Assembly: GCF_054482595.1 (NCBI RefSeq)
Contig: NZ_CM137008.1
Length of the DNA: 64,000 nucleotides
Reading direction: 5' to 3' (one strand)
The stretch's first letter is position 1; every line of letters starts with the position of its first letter. Made by a program: the position numbers and the translations under genes. The notes beneath the pieces are model-generated. The model was given only the letters and a program-made list of their open reading frames with translations, was not told the origin of the DNA and made no database searches. This document shows positions 51,847 to 63,985 of this stretch, in pieces.

Positions 51847-54110
51847 TCACCCTCCTGATGCGTGGTAGCGGTCCCATTGAAGGGCAAAATAAAATCACCC
51901 AAACAGAAAACAGATTCTTCAGCCACGGATATAAGCTGACCGTTCAAACGCAGTGAAACGGGCGCAGAAGTTCGAATCGCAATACGCTGCGCGTCGAGAG
52001 TGACCTGTAATTCGCAGCCCTGCCAGAACAGAGGGAAAGACAACTGTTGCCACTGCTCAGGTAACGCCGGATTGAGATGCAATTCACCGTCACGCACGCT
52101 CACCCCGGCAAAACCCTGAATCGCCCCCAGCCAGATAGCGCCAGTTGCGGCAGCATGGATACCATCATCACAACTATGCGGATCAGCACCAAGATCGATT
52201 TCAGTCCCCTCGCGCCAGAACTGATAACTTTGGGTCAGCAGGCCACAGCGTGCGGCAACAATGCCGTGGATTGCTTTACTTAATGACGAGTCGTGAATAG
52301 TGCGCGGTTCATAAAATTGCAGATTGGCAAGACACGATGCCGCTGAGAACTGCTCCGGCAGCATGTAATTGAGCATCACCACATCTGCCTGCTTGAGGAT
52401 CTGCATCTCGTTCACTTCTGCGCGTGAATAATCCAGCAGTATGGTTTGCTTCCCCGCCGCCGCTTTGTATTTCGCCAGGTTAATCGCCGGCTTAGCCATA
52501 AACGAATCATCCTGCGGCAAAACGCCGTCGGGCTGAATTTCTGGCAGCCGCAGTTCTTTAAGGAACATTTCGGCACGATGAATAAACGCGTCGTCGCTAC
52601 AGCCAAACTGGCGGGCAATACTCAGCGCCTGCTGGACGTTGTAATACGCCATATAGCTGGTGAAGGCGTTATTATTGACATGTTCGGTATATTCGTCAGG
52701 CCCAATAACATCATGAATTTCCAGACGGTCGTTAACCCTCACCGCGCGGCTAATCCAGAACTTTGCAGTTTCCAGAAGTAGCGCCATGCCTTCATGCGCA
52801 ATGAAACTTTCATCCCCCGTGGTCTGCCAGTATTGAATAACCGCCCAGGCGATATCGGCCACCAGATGATGTTCCGCCTGCGCCGAGGCCACTTTTTGCC
52901 GCAGCCCGGTGCGAATGTTAATGGCGGCAAAAAGTGGCGTCTCTTCTTCGCCGCTGCGCGCGCTTTCCCACGGGAATAGCGCGCCCTGCCAGCCATTGCG
53001 TCGCGCTTTCTCCTGCGCGCCAGGCAAGTTGTGCCAGCGATAACGCAGTAAACTTCTGGCAATCGTCGGATCGCTAAACAGATGGAACGGCAGCAAAAAT
53101 ACTTCCGTATCCCAGAAAACGTGGCCTTTGTAGCCTTCGCCGGTTAAGCCTTTTGCCGCAATGCTGCTACGCTCGTCGTGAGCAGGCGTCATGATGCGCA
53201 GATGATAAAGCGCATAATCTAACGCTTGCTGATCGTGCGCATCGCCGCCGTTTACCGTGATACGACGTTTCTGCCACCACTGACGCCAGTTTTCTGTTGA
53301 TGCTGCAAGAAGTTGGTCGTAACTCTGCTGCGCGCACATTTCAAGCTGGCGAAGCGACGCGCTGCCCCACTCGTCTAAAACGGCTTGCCTGTCATCCCGC
53401 CAGTCGATCCACACCAGTTTTTGCAACGTCACTGTCTCGCCTGCATGAAGCTGCGCACTGGTATGTTGCTGCAAACGGCGCTCTTTGGCGGTATAGCATT
53501 GCTGCACATCACCGCTCACCATACAGCAACAGCTGATGGCCACATCACTGCGTCCATCCTGGGTGGTGTAGATCCCCTGCATCAGATGCTGACCAAACAC
53601 CCGCACCTGGGTTTCGTCGAGATGTTGGCGACCGTGGTTGGTTTGCGTGGCGTCGATACCTGTTGAAATCAGCACTGACGCGTCGGCGTCCAGTGGCGTA
53701 ATAGTGATTTCCAGCACAATGAGCGGCAGTTGGTCTGCCGAAACAAAGCGACGGCTGGCGATGGTGTAACCTGTGCCGTTGCTGGTACGCCAGACAACGC
53801 TACGGCGTAATTCTCCACTGGCAAAGTCAAGTTCACGCTGCCAGGCTTCGCGGGATAACGAGAAAACCTCACCATTTATGGCAATCTCCATCCCCAAGAT
53901 ATCAGGCAGGTTCACCAGTTCGTTGATTTCACCTTTTCCCGCCCGATGATACAGCCCCGCCAGATACATCCCTCGCGTCTGGCGCGTGTAATCTTCTTCA
54001 TGGCTGGCGCGAAGCCCAAGATAGCCGTTCCCCTGCGCCATCAGCGATGCATACTTGTTCAGGGTATGCTGGCTCAAATGGGGTTCTGATAACGTTACTG
54101 GCCTGGTCAT
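51843..54110 (-). CDS. ycjT: GH65 disaccharide phosphorylase (kojibiose phosphorylase-like)
   Basis: 755 aa; 4-nt overlaps with both neighbours. Confidence 0.9.
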   Translation of the reverse strand: MTRPVTLSEPHLSQHTLNKYASLMAQGNGYLGLRASHEEDYTRQTRGMYLAGLYHRAGKGEINELVNLPDILGMEIAINGEVFSLSREAWQRELDFASGELRRSVVWRTSNGTGYTIASRRFVSADQLPLIVLEITITPLDADASVLISTGIDATQTNHGRQHLDETQVRVFGQHLMQGIYTTQDGRSDVAISCCCMVSGDVQQCYTAKERRLQQHTSAQLHAGETVTLQKLVWIDWRDDRQAVLDEWGSASLRQLEMCAQQSYDQLLAASTENWRQWWQKRRITVNGGDAHDQQALDYALYHLRIMTPAHDERSSIAAKGLTGEGYKGHVFWDTEVFLLPFHLFSDPTIARSLLRYRWHNLPGAQEKARRNGWQGALFPWESARSGEEETPLFAAINIRTGLRQKVASAQAEHHLVADIAWAVIQYWQTTGDESFIAHEGMALLLETAKFWISRAVRVNDRLEIHDVIGPDEYTEHVNNNAFTSYMAYYNVQQALSIARQFGCSDDAFIHRAEMFLKELRLPEIQPDGVLPQDDSFMAKPAINLAKYKAAAGKQTILLDYSRAEVNEMQILKQADVVMLNYMLPEQFSAASCLANLQFYEPRTIHDSSLSKAIHGIVAARCGLLTQSYQFWREGTEIDLGADPHSCDDGIHAAATGAIWLGAIQGFAGVSVRDGELHLNPALPEQWQQLSFPLFWQGCELQVTLDAQRIAIRTSAPVSLRLNGQLISVAEESVFCLGDFILPFNGTATTHQEGE

Positions 54111-55162
54111 AATTCCACACGCGTCCCTGTTTCTGCGGATTGATACAACGCCGCCACCAGTTGCTGGATGATGTACCCCTGCTCGGCGTCGGCTATCATC
54201 ACGGGCTTGCCCTGTACGTGATTGATAAAGGCTTCCATGCTGCGCAAATGGCGGTTGTCGTCTGCCATTTCCCGTTGCATCAGCGTCATTAATTCACCGT
54301 TGTTATCGGTGTAGATATGTGCTGGAAACAGCGTCGCACCGGCTTTATCACCACAAAAGCTGACGTTCATAATCGACTGTTCGCGGATGTTGAGTGCAAA
54401 TGACGTTTCCAGCCACAGGATGCCGCCGTTATGAAATTCAATGGTGCCAAACAGCGAATCTTCGACGCTGTAAGTTGCCGGATCCCACTCGCCAAATTGA
54501 CCACAGCTCTTTTGCGTGCCGATCTTTTGAAAGCTATGCGCATTCACGCTTTTCAACGCCGGAAAGCCCAGCACATACATCGCAGCATCCAGCATATGAA
54601 TGCCGATGTCGATCAGCGGGCCACCACCCTGCAGTTCTTTATTGGTAAAGACACCCCAGCCGGGAACGCCGCAGCGACGCAGGGCGCGGGCGGTGGTAAC
54701 GTAAATCTCTCCCAAAACGCCGTTGGTCACCTGTTCACGCAGCTGTTGCGTATCGAGCGCAAAACGATGGTGAAAGTCGTAGGCCAGCACCTTGCCCAGT
54801 TTGCGCGCGGTATCGCACATTTCCCGCGCCTGTTCTGGCGTCATGGCGGGCGGTTTTTCGCACATCACATGGCAGCCCGCTTCCAGTGCCATCAGGGTAT
54901 GTTCGTAATGAAAACGGTTAGGTGAGCAGACGCTAACCACATCAGGTTTCACCGCCAGCAGCATGGCCTGCGGATCGTCCCACACGGATGCATTCCCGTA
55001 TTTTTCTGCCAGCGCCTGCGCCTGGGAAAGGCGGCTGTCACAGACAGCCACCAGTTCCAGATCGTTGCGGGTGCAGTAGTACGAAGCATGAACCTTATCC
55101 GCCACCTGGCCTGCGCCTATTATCGCGACCCGCAGCGGAGAGCTTGTCATTGCACTTTTCAC
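54107..55162 (-). CDS. ycjS: Gfo/Idh/MocA-family oxidoreductase
   Basis: 351 aa; N-terminal Rossmann IIGAGQV. Confidence 0.9.
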   Translation of the reverse strand: MKSAMTSSPLRVAIIGAGQVADKVHASYYCTRNDLELVAVCDSRLSQAQALAEKYGNASVWDDPQAMLLAVKPDVVSVCSPNRFHYEHTLMALEAGCHVMCEKPPAMTPEQAREMCDTARKLGKVLAYDFHHRFALDTQQLREQVTNGVLGEIYVTTARALRRCGVPGWGVFTNKELQGGGPLIDIGIHMLDAAMYVLGFPALKSVNAHSFQKIGTQKSCGQFGEWDPATYSVEDSLFGTIEFHNGGILWLETSFALNIREQSIMNVSFCGDKAGATLFPAHIYTDNNGELMTLMQREMADDNRHLRSMEAFINHVQGKPVMIADAEQGYIIQQLVAALYQSAETGTRVEL

Positions 55163-55171
55163 AAAGACCTC

Positions 55172-55960
55172 TTAGCAGGTACGCAACCAGGCCAACGAAT
55201 CACGGTACGCCTGGGCAGGATCTTCCGCCCGGATACGCCCTTCGTACACTACATAGCCCTGATAGTTATCCGCGCGCAGCTGTTCAAACAGCGCGTGGAA
55301 ATCCAGGGTGCCGCTGCCCGGCTGGTAGCGATGGTTATCCGCAATATGCACATGACCGAGCAGGTCGCGGTTGTCATGCAGCGCCTGCGCCAGGTTATCT
55401 TCTTCGATATTCATGTGATAGAAATCGCCGATAATCTGTACATGTTTAAGATCGTTTTCGACGATGTAACGGCGGGCATCGGCGAGGGTGTTGATCATAT
55501 GATCCTGATAGCGGTTTAACGGTTCGAGATACACCACGGTTCCGGTACGCGCGGCGACCTGTTCAAGTACGCGCAGGGAATCACTCACCATTTTACGATC
55601 GCCGTTCAGGCTGCGCGGCGAGGTCATCGGCGGTAAGCGGAAGGTAAACATGCCCCACGCTGCCGGAACGACGATACCCTTACCCCCCACTTCTGCCAGC
55701 GCTTCGAGAATGCGTTCGATCTGCTTTAAGCCATTAAGACGACGCTCTTCAATAAAGTCACCAATCCAGCCGTCATAGCCACCGCAGGCGGTGGTCACCG
55801 GTAAACCGGTTTCTTTGATTGCTGCTTTGACTTCTTCGATGTTGTTGACCAGCAGTTTGCCGTCAATCTCAAAACCATCGAAGCCCATCTCTTTGATATA
55901 ACGAAATTTCTCCAGAATGTTTTCCGGAAAGAATGCCTGATTCTGTGTGCCTATTTTCAT
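55172..55960 (-). CDS. ycjR: Sugar phosphate isomerase/epimerase (TIM barrel)
   Basis: 262 aa. Confidence 0.9.
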   Translation of the reverse strand: MKIGTQNQAFFPENILEKFRYIKEMGFDGFEIDGKLLVNNIEEVKAAIKETGLPVTTACGGYDGWIGDFIEERRLNGLKQIERILEALAEVGGKGIVVPAAWGMFTFRLPPMTSPRSLNGDRKMVSDSLRVLEQVAARTGTVVYLEPLNRYQDHMINTLADARRYIVENDLKHVQIIGDFYHMNIEEDNLAQALHDNRDLLGHVHIADNHRYQPGSGTLDFHALFEQLRADNYQGYVVYEGRIRAEDPAQAYRDSLAWLRTC

Positions 55961-55977
55961 TTTTTCATTCCTTTGAA

Positions 55978-57030
55978 TTAAAACGTAACGCCCATTTTGA
56001 TGCTCTGTTCCGGATGCTGATCGACATACTGCATGTAGCTTTCCGGGCTATTGGCAAAGGTCACTACCGGGTCGATTAAATCTTCGCAATTGAGATAACC
56101 GTTCATCAGCAGTTCCCAGCAGGTTTCTTCAATACGCTTACGGCTCCAGCGCGGATAATCCGGGTTCGGTTCGCTGCACGCGCGGGAGAAAACAATTTTG
56201 GCGTTATTGAAATGCGCTTCGCGTCCGAGGTTAAAACCTTCAGCAAATGGTTTGGCAAACGCGACATAGGAGATGGTGCCACCGTAGGCCAGACCGCGGA
56301 ACGCCGATTGCAGCGCGTCGGCATAGCCGCTGGTTTCGATAATCACATCGGCACCCTGCTTGCCGGTCAGCGTTTTGATCTCTTTGCCTACGTCAGTACC
56401 AATGGGGTTAAGGCAGAAATCCGCGCCGTGGCGACGGGCAATATCACAGCGATGGGCGATAGGATCGACGCCAATCACCACCGACGCGCCAGCGCGTTTC
56501 GCCAGTTGAATGGCAATTTGACCAATCGCGCCAAGCCCTACCACCACAACAAAATCACCCACGCGCACGTTGGCATCGCGCACGCCGCTCATGGCAAACT
56601 GCGCCGGGTCGTAACAAACGGCGTTTTTCCACGAGCTGCCTTCCGGCATTTTGCGCAGCTTGTAGTTATTCACCGCGTTAATGATGACCGTCTCGGAGAG
56701 CGGGCCGTAGCCGCATACGCTGTCGTCCACCGCGTAGTCGGTAACGTCGCTGCCGCACTCGATAATGTCGCCAACCACCATGTTTCCAAGCTGGAATTTG
56801 CCAAACTCAATGCCGCGCGGCGCATCTGCCGGACGCGGAGTGAACATCTGCCATTCGCCGTTAAAGTCTTCATCGATAAACGGGCTGGCGGCGCGGAAGT
56901 CGACCACTTCCGTTCCGTGTTTCGGTGCGCCGAAACGCACGCGGATCTTCACTTCATTGGCTAAAATCGCCCGATCTTCATACTCAACCAGCGCAGCAAC
57001 ACGCGGTGCTGTGGCTACTAACTTTTTCAT
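55978..57030 (-). CDS. ycjQ: Zn-dependent alcohol/sugar dehydrogenase
   Basis: 350 aa; GLGAIGQ NAD-binding motif. Confidence 0.9.
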   Translation of the reverse strand: MKKLVATAPRVAALVEYEDRAILANEVKIRVRFGAPKHGTEVVDFRAASPFIDEDFNGEWQMFTPRPADAPRGIEFGKFQLGNMVVGDIIECGSDVTDYAVDDSVCGYGPLSETVIINAVNNYKLRKMPEGSSWKNAVCYDPAQFAMSGVRDANVRVGDFVVVVGLGAIGQIAIQLAKRAGASVVIGVDPIAHRCDIARRHGADFCLNPIGTDVGKEIKTLTGKQGADVIIETSGYADALQSAFRGLAYGGTISYVAFAKPFAEGFNLGREAHFNNAKIVFSRACSEPNPDYPRWSRKRIEETCWELLMNGYLNCEDLIDPVVTFANSPESYMQYVDQHPEQSIKMGVTF

Positions 57031-57060
57031 TTAAAACTCCTTGTAAAGAAACTGGCCGCT

Positions 57061-57903
57061 TTAGCCCTTCACGCCACCGGCGGTCAAACCACTCTTAATA
57101 AAACGTTCCGAAAGCGCATACATAATCACCACCGGCAATGCGGTCACCAGTGAGGCCGCCATCATCCGTCCCCAGATGTAATCTGGCGTACTGAACAGCG
57201 CGTTCAGGCCCACCGGTAAGGTGAAATTGCTGGCGCTGGAGAGGAAGATCGACGCAAACAGATAGTCGTTCCACGCCACCATAAAGCAGTAGACGAACAC
57301 GGATATCAGCCCGGACATCGCCAACGGCACGGTGATGCGGAAGATAATTTGCAGACGGTTGAGGCCATCCATCATCGCCGCTTCTTCGATCTCATCGGGG
57401 ATGGTGTCGAAGTAGCTTTTCAGCATAAACACGGCGGTGGGCAGAGTTTGCGTCACCATGGTGATGATCAGCGCCATCTCAGTGTCGTAAATGCCCAGCG
57501 CGGTGATGATTTTGAACAGCGGCACCACCAGCAAAATGCCAGAGAACATATACACCGTGTAAAAGCTGGCATTGATGGTCATCCGACCTTTAAAGCGCAG
57601 GCGGGAAAGCGCGTAAGCCCCAAGAATGCCGAGGAATACCGCCACCACGGATGAAACCACCGACACCACCAGACTGTTACGGAAGTAGTCGACAAACGGG
57701 AAAATCATCGGGTTAAAAATGTCGACGTAATGCTCCAGCGTCCACTGCTGCGGCAGCAGCGTAGGATGCAGTGAGATCGCCTCTTTCGCGCCCTTGAACG
57801 AGGTCATCAGCATCACAAAAAATGGAAACAGCGTGATGATGAGAAACAGCGCCAGCCCGCAGTAAAAACCGATGCGACTGAGTGTGCGTTTATTTGTTGC
57901 CAT
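57061..57903 (-). CDS. ycjP: ABC sugar transporter permease
   Basis: 280 aa; polytopic. Confidence 0.9.
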   Translation of the reverse strand: MATNKRTLSRIGFYCGLALFLIITLFPFFVMLMTSFKGAKEAISLHPTLLPQQWTLEHYVDIFNPMIFPFVDYFRNSLVVSVVSSVVAVFLGILGAYALSRLRFKGRMTINASFYTVYMFSGILLVVPLFKIITALGIYDTEMALIITMVTQTLPTAVFMLKSYFDTIPDEIEEAAMMDGLNRLQIIFRITVPLAMSGLISVFVYCFMVAWNDYLFASIFLSSASNFTLPVGLNALFSTPDYIWGRMMAASLVTALPVVIMYALSERFIKSGLTAGGVKG

Positions 57904-58771
57904 TGAGGTTCACCCGTTTCCTGGTCAGCAGAATGACAGCGAAAATAATGATGAAGAGCACCACCGAGATCGCCGCCGCTTTTCCTAAATCATTAAAGGC
58001 AAAGGCGGTTTTGTAGAGATATACACCGAGAATATCGACCTTGGTCGTCAGCAAATAAACATCCGCGAACATGTAGAACATCCAGATGGTGCGCAGGGTC
58101 ACCACCGTCGCCAGGACCGGCATAATCGCGGGCAGCGTGACGATACGAAACCGTTGCCAGGCATTAGCGCCATCCATCTCTGCCGCTTCGTACAGCGATT
58201 TGTCGATGGTCTGCAAAATCGCCAGAAACGAGATAAAGGCATACGGGAAGTAGCGCCAGATGGCGAACAGCACCACCAGCACAAAGCTACTGCCCGGATT
58301 ATCGAACCACAGCGGTGCCTGCTCATAGAGATGCAGAAGATCGACGCCGAGGTAGTTCACAATGCCGTAGCCGTTGTTGAACATGTATTTCCAGGCAAAC
58401 ACCAGCGAAATGGACGGCGTTACGTAGGAGAGGATCACCAGCGAACGCGCGGTTTTGCGCAGACGGAACTCGCGGTTGAAAAACATCGCCACTGCCAGCC
58501 CGAGCACGGTGCTGCCCGCCACCACCAGCGCGGTATACCAGACCGTCATCCACAGCGAGTGCCAGAAGCCGGGATCGGAGAGGATACGCACATAGTTACT
58601 CACCCCAACAAAGGTTGACTCGATGTTGGGATTGAGCGGCAGACGTAAAAAACTGATTTCGATATTCGACACCATTGGCCAGGCAACCAGACCACCCAGC
58701 AGTAATAAGCTGGGCGCGAGAAGCAGCAGCGCAAAGGGCATATCGGAACGACCTGAAAAAAGCCTGTTCAT
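57890..58771 (-). CDS. ycjO: ABC sugar transporter permease
   Basis: 293 aa; 14-nt overlap with ycjP. Confidence 0.9.
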   Translation of the reverse strand: MNRLFSGRSDMPFALLLLAPSLLLLGGLVAWPMVSNIEISFLRLPLNPNIESTFVGVSNYVRILSDPGFWHSLWMTVWYTALVVAGSTVLGLAVAMFFNREFRLRKTARSLVILSYVTPSISLVFAWKYMFNNGYGIVNYLGVDLLHLYEQAPLWFDNPGSSFVLVVLFAIWRYFPYAFISFLAILQTIDKSLYEAAEMDGANAWQRFRIVTLPAIMPVLATVVTLRTIWMFYMFADVYLLTTKVDILGVYLYKTAFAFNDLGKAAAISVVLFIIIFAVILLTRKRVNLNGNK

Positions 58772-58791
58772 TGCGGATTCCTGTCCTGGGT

Positions 58792-60084
58792 TTAGTGCTG
58801 TTCGATCAGTTCATCCAGCTTTTTCTGGCTCGCTTGCAGCGTGCCAGGGAGATCGGCTTTACCCACGGTGACGTTATGCACCATGGAGCTCACCACGCCA
58901 GAACCCGTCACATCACCCATGCGGGTAAAGTTTTTATCCCCTACTGCACCAAAGACCTGAATATTTGGCAGTTCACCGATTAGCTGATTCGGTAGTTCAC
59001 CCAGCGCCTTAATAACGTCGTTGTCTTTCCAGGTGGCGGTAGTGACAACCGCTTTATTCACCGGCAGCGCAGCACCTGGCGACATCATCACCCAGTCGGC
59101 AATGTTGTCTGCCTGCTCCATAAAGGTGACAAATTTTTCAGCTGCTTCCGTCTCTTCGGTCTTTTGCCCGGCGGTAATGGTCAGCGAGGTCAACATGCCG
59201 TAGACCGCAGAGTTTTTCTCGGTTGGCACCACGAAACCGACGTTTTTCGGGTCGCCTTCTTTAATCACAGCCGGAAGGATATAGGTGGAGTAAATCGCCA
59301 TCGGCGCGGTGCCGTTCATAAAGGCGTCTTTCACTTCCATGATGTCGTTAGAACCCGGCATAGTGTTGGCAGCAAGGTCGCGGTAATAGGTCAGTGCCTG
59401 CATCATCTCTGGTGTATCAAGGGTGATTTTGCCTTCGGCGTTAAAGACGTTAGCCTGGTTGGATAACGCAAACTGGGAGAAGGATTGTTCCGTCAACACG
59501 CTTTCTGCTGTAGGCAGCGCAATGCCGTATTTTTTATTCGCCGGGTCATTCAGTTTCTGTGCAACGTCCAGCAGCTGTTGCCAGTTTTTCGGCTCCTCAA
59601 GCCCCGCTTTTGCCAGCACATCTTTGCGATACCAGATACCGCCAATCCAGGCGCTGACAGGAACACCGGTCCATGCGCTACCATCTTCGGTACGCACAAT
59701 ACGCAGTACGCCATCGTAAAACGCGCCTTCACCAACGTTGCTGATGACTGTGGCAACCGCTTTGCGATCGATAAGCTGCTCTTTGTCCATCACTTTGGCG
59801 TAGTCATGGCTGGTTTCGATCACTTCCGGCAGCGAACCGCTACGTGAAAGAGTAATGACTTTAGTGTTATAGGCATCTTCTTCCACGGGCACTTGCTTAA
59901 CGGTGATGCCAGGGTTTTCTTTTTCAAAACGGGCAATCAATTTACTGATAACGGCCTGGCGCTCCTGCTCCACCGAAGAATGCATAAATTCGATGGATAC
60001 ATTCGTTTTATTTTCTTCTTTACAGCCTGAAATCAGGGCGCAGGAAACCAGTGCTGATAACAGCACGATTTTTGATTTAATCAT
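58792..60084 (-). CDS. ycjN: Periplasmic sugar-binding protein, lipoprotein
   Basis: 430 aa; lipobox ISGC. Confidence 0.9.
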   Translation of the reverse strand: MIKSKIVLLSALVSCALISGCKEENKTNVSIEFMHSSVEQERQAVISKLIARFEKENPGITVKQVPVEEDAYNTKVITLSRSGSLPEVIETSHDYAKVMDKEQLIDRKAVATVISNVGEGAFYDGVLRIVRTEDGSAWTGVPVSAWIGGIWYRKDVLAKAGLEEPKNWQQLLDVAQKLNDPANKKYGIALPTAESVLTEQSFSQFALSNQANVFNAEGKITLDTPEMMQALTYYRDLAANTMPGSNDIMEVKDAFMNGTAPMAIYSTYILPAVIKEGDPKNVGFVVPTEKNSAVYGMLTSLTITAGQKTEETEAAEKFVTFMEQADNIADWVMMSPGAALPVNKAVVTTATWKDNDVIKALGELPNQLIGELPNIQVFGAVGDKNFTRMGDVTGSGVVSSMVHNVTVGKADLPGTLQASQKKLDELIEQH

Positions 60085-60097
60085 GAGATGTTCCTTT

Positions 60098-61777
60098 TTA
60101 TTTAATCCACATAACCTGCCAGGGGCGCAGCGTTATTTCATTACCCAATATATCAACTTCACTAATCAGATCCCGACCATGCAGATTAGTAATATTTACA
60201 TGCTGAATATTTTTACTGACATTAAACAATCCAGTCAGACAATTACCATCAGCGTTACTTCTTTGAATACGCATTACGGATGAATTAATCGTATCAATGG
60301 TAAAATTATTATCCGGATGAAACTCGTTATGGCTGCGACGAAGTGTAATTAAACGCGACAACTCATGATATACCGCATGCCTTAATGTAGCTTCATCGTT
60401 CAGTTCTCGGGTTATCTCTTTACTGTGATATTTTTTACGGTTAATCGCACGGTTATATCCGAGTTTTTCGACACCTGCGTAATCATTACGCGAGCCAAGA
60501 ATACTTTGAATATATATCGCTGGCACACCGGGGAAACTTAACAAAATCGCATGGGCGAGAATAAACCTGGCGCAACGTTCTTCATCGCTACTCTCACGGC
60601 GGCTTAACGCATCCATATAGGTCACATTTATTTCATACGGACTGCGTGTACCGTCGGGATTATTTTTCCAGTTTACTAATGCACCTTCCTGCTGTAACGC
60701 CTCGACCAGCTCTAATATTTCGCTTTCAGGCAACAAGCCCCGTAGCGGGTTTAGCCCGATGCCATCGTGAGAGGCGAGGAAGTTAAACCAGGTGGTGTTG
60801 CTGGAAGGTAGTGTCAGGTTTTGCGCCCACGCACAAAGCGCCTCAACGTTCTGTTTTTGCACCGCATGCAGCACCAGTGGCGGCAGCGAGAACTGGTACA
60901 CCATATGTGCTTCGTCATCGCCTGCGCCAAAGTAAGCAATGTTGTCTTTATGCGGAACATTGGTCTCGGTAATGATCACTGTACCTGGCGCAACGTTATC
61001 AATAATCGACCGTAACAGTTTGATAATCAGATGTGTTTTTTCCAGATGGATGCAGCTTGTTCCCGGCTCTTTCCACATAAAGCCAACGGCATCCAGGCGG
61101 ACATACTCAGCATCTTTCGCAAGGTAACAGAGTAAAACATCCACCATCGCCAGCAACACTTCAGGGCTACGGTAATTCAGGTCAATTTGATCGTCACTAA
61201 AGGTGGTCCATAAATGGCGCGTTGAATGATCGCGCATCTGGAATGGCGTTAATAACGGTAACGCACGCGGGCGAGTGACGGCGCTGAGATCGGTTTGCGG
61301 GTCAACGGCAATAAAAAAATCTTCAAAACCTGGATGCTGTTGTAAATAGTTTTTAAACCATTCACTTTTTGCCGACATATGGTTGCAGACAAAATCAAAC
61401 ATTAAATGACTGCATTCACCGAGTTGCTGAATATCCTGCCACTCCCCCGCTTCACTGGCGACCTGATGATAATCAATTACCGAAAAGCCATCATCAGATG
61501 ACCATGGATAAAACGGCAACAAATGAACATGTGAAAAAATGCTTTGCAGCCATTGATGGTAAAACTGATTAAATGTGGGTAATGGTTTTAAATCATTGCT
61601 GTGAAATTGATCGGCATAGGTAATTAACACGACATCACTTTCATCCCAGTGTTTTTTACGTCGCTGTGTAATTAATCGTTTCGCACTCTCAAGACGCGTT
61701 ACAAGTTTCTGTAAATGAGTTGCGGTAAATGTTCCACCGTAGATTTCGTCCAGGTAATCCGTAATTTTCTGTTTCAT
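60098..61777 (-). CDS. ycjM: GH13 sucrose-phosphorylase-like glycoside phosphorylase
   Basis: ORF track 60098..61804; start at MKQKITDYLDEIYGG gives 559 aa. Confidence 0.9.
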   Translation of the reverse strand: MKQKITDYLDEIYGGTFTATHLQKLVTRLESAKRLITQRRKKHWDESDVVLITYADQFHSNDLKPLPTFNQFYHQWLQSIFSHVHLLPFYPWSSDDGFSVIDYHQVASEAGEWQDIQQLGECSHLMFDFVCNHMSAKSEWFKNYLQQHPGFEDFFIAVDPQTDLSAVTRPRALPLLTPFQMRDHSTRHLWTTFSDDQIDLNYRSPEVLLAMVDVLLCYLAKDAEYVRLDAVGFMWKEPGTSCIHLEKTHLIIKLLRSIIDNVAPGTVIITETNVPHKDNIAYFGAGDDEAHMVYQFSLPPLVLHAVQKQNVEALCAWAQNLTLPSSNTTWFNFLASHDGIGLNPLRGLLPESEILELVEALQQEGALVNWKNNPDGTRSPYEINVTYMDALSRRESSDEERCARFILAHAILLSFPGVPAIYIQSILGSRNDYAGVEKLGYNRAINRKKYHSKEITRELNDEATLRHAVYHELSRLITLRRSHNEFHPDNNFTIDTINSSVMRIQRSNADGNCLTGLFNVSKNIQHVNITNLHGRDLISEVDILGNEITLRPWQVMWIK

Positions 61778-61988
61778 GTTGCCTTTCCGTGGTAGCGGTC
61801 CCATGAAACGAGAGACTACTCCGCAGAAAATAAACTGTCAATTGAGCACAAGGGTTTTAGTCACGCAGGAAATCATTTTTTACCAGGGAAAAAGCGTATT
61901 TGTGAGCTGACGCAAATAATCTATGGGGATGTAAATAAGGTGTGACAGAAAAAAAACGGCGCATAAGCGCCGCTCATGGTGAATTCTT

Positions 61989-62303
61989 TTAACCTTTGAC
62001 CTTCGGCATTGCGATGTCTTTCAGGCCACCGGCGTTCTCAACGTGGGTATATCCCATCTCGCTAAGGATCTCTTTTGCTTGCCCTGACTGGCGTCCGGCA
62101 TTGCAATACACTTTCACGGTGTCGTTTTTATCCGGAACGGCGGTGGCAATGCGCTCTTTCACTTCCTTCAGGGGAATATTGATGGCCCCCTGAACGTGCT
62201 CTTGCTGATACTGCTCTGGAACACGAACATCGATCCAGTGTTCAGCGGCGAAAACGGGCAGTGAAAACACCAGTGCCAGAGCAAGTAAGCCTTTTTTAAA
62301 CAT
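61989..62303 (-). CDS. pspE: Periplasmic rhodanese (thiosulfate sulfurtransferase)
   Basis: 104 aa; signal peptide; active-site CNAGRQS. Confidence 0.9.
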   Translation of the reverse strand: MFKKGLLALALVFSLPVFAAEHWIDVRVPEQYQQEHVQGAINIPLKEVKERIATAVPDKNDTVKVYCNAGRQSGQAKEILSEMGYTHVENAGGLKDIAMPKVKG

Positions 62304-62377
62304 GTAAGCGTCCTTCTATGGATGAAAATTGCCATCCATTATACGCCTGAGATTTAACAATTTTTGCGAAACTCCCC

Positions 62378-62599
62378 TCACCTTTTATAACGCTGTGCCA
62401 GTTTATTAGCAGCCCGACTTAACAGCGGTTCCAGCGCCACAGCCAGCAACATTTTCAGCGGTCGGCGAGCAACTGATTTTATCGCCCAGCCCGCTACACC
62501 CGCCGGGCCATAGCGCAGTGCGGTAAGAAGTACCAGCTTGCCTGCTAATTTGAAACCAGGCTTTACCTTTTGCCCGGCCTGTTGCCAGCGAGTATTCAT
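62378..62599 (-). CDS. pspD: Phage shock protein D
   Basis: ORF track 62378..62611; start at [10 protein letters not shown] gives 73 aa. Confidence 0.85.
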
Positions 62600-62607
62600 A
62601 ACTTTCC

Positions 62608-62967
62608 TCACAGTTGACGGAAACGGCTACGTAACGTGAAAGTATCGGAAGTGACATAACGTTCCATCTCGCGTAAACGCGTTTCACTTGCCGCCAGTTC
62701 ACGGTCGACTTCATCCAGCAATTCGCTGCTGGAAGGTAGCTGCTCACCAAAGGCCATGTTGTCCGGCATTGGATCAAGCGCAAATGACAAAATGATGTAA
62801 GCAACCAGGGTAAACAGCGCCAGACCGAAGAAAATCGACAGCACCACCAGGATACGCACCAGTTTTGCCGGTACATCAAAATAGTTGGCAATCCCGGCGC
62901 AGACGCCGCGGACCATGCCCTGCTGTGGAATACGCCATAATTTTTTATTGAGATTAATGCCCGCCAT
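62608..62967 (-). CDS. pspC: Phage shock protein C
   Basis: 119 aa; single TM; start overlaps pspB stop. Confidence 0.9.
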
Positions 62968-63191
62968 TAGCGATCCCTCCAGTTCGGATGTTCTGCATCA
63001 AGAATAGATTCCAGCGCCTGAATACGTTCGCGCATCCGTTTTGCTTCATCAGCCAGTTGCGCTAATCGCTGCTGCTCACTTTGCGACAATTCACTGCGAC
63101 CAGAACGATTGCTGTAATGCAGCCATAACCAGATCGGTAAAACAAACAGCACAAAAATGGTTAACGGAATAGCCAGAAATAGCGCGCTCAT
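62967..63191 (-). CDS. pspB: Phage shock protein B
   Basis: 74 aa; N-terminal TM helix. Confidence 0.9.
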   Translation of the reverse strand: MSALFLAIPLTIFVLFVLPIWLWLHYSNRSGRSELSQSEQQRLAQLADEAKRMRERIQALESILDAEHPNWRDR

Positions 63192-63244
63192 AAGTACTCC
63201 TTAGACGATGAGCGGCGGCGCGTTCGGACGCCGCCTGGATGTTA

Positions 63245-63985
<741 letters not shown>

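Noticed and set aside
56212-56964. 250-aa plus-strand ORF
   Set aside because: Entirely antisense to ycjQ, whose product has a clear dehydrogenase sequence; no RBS or independent support.
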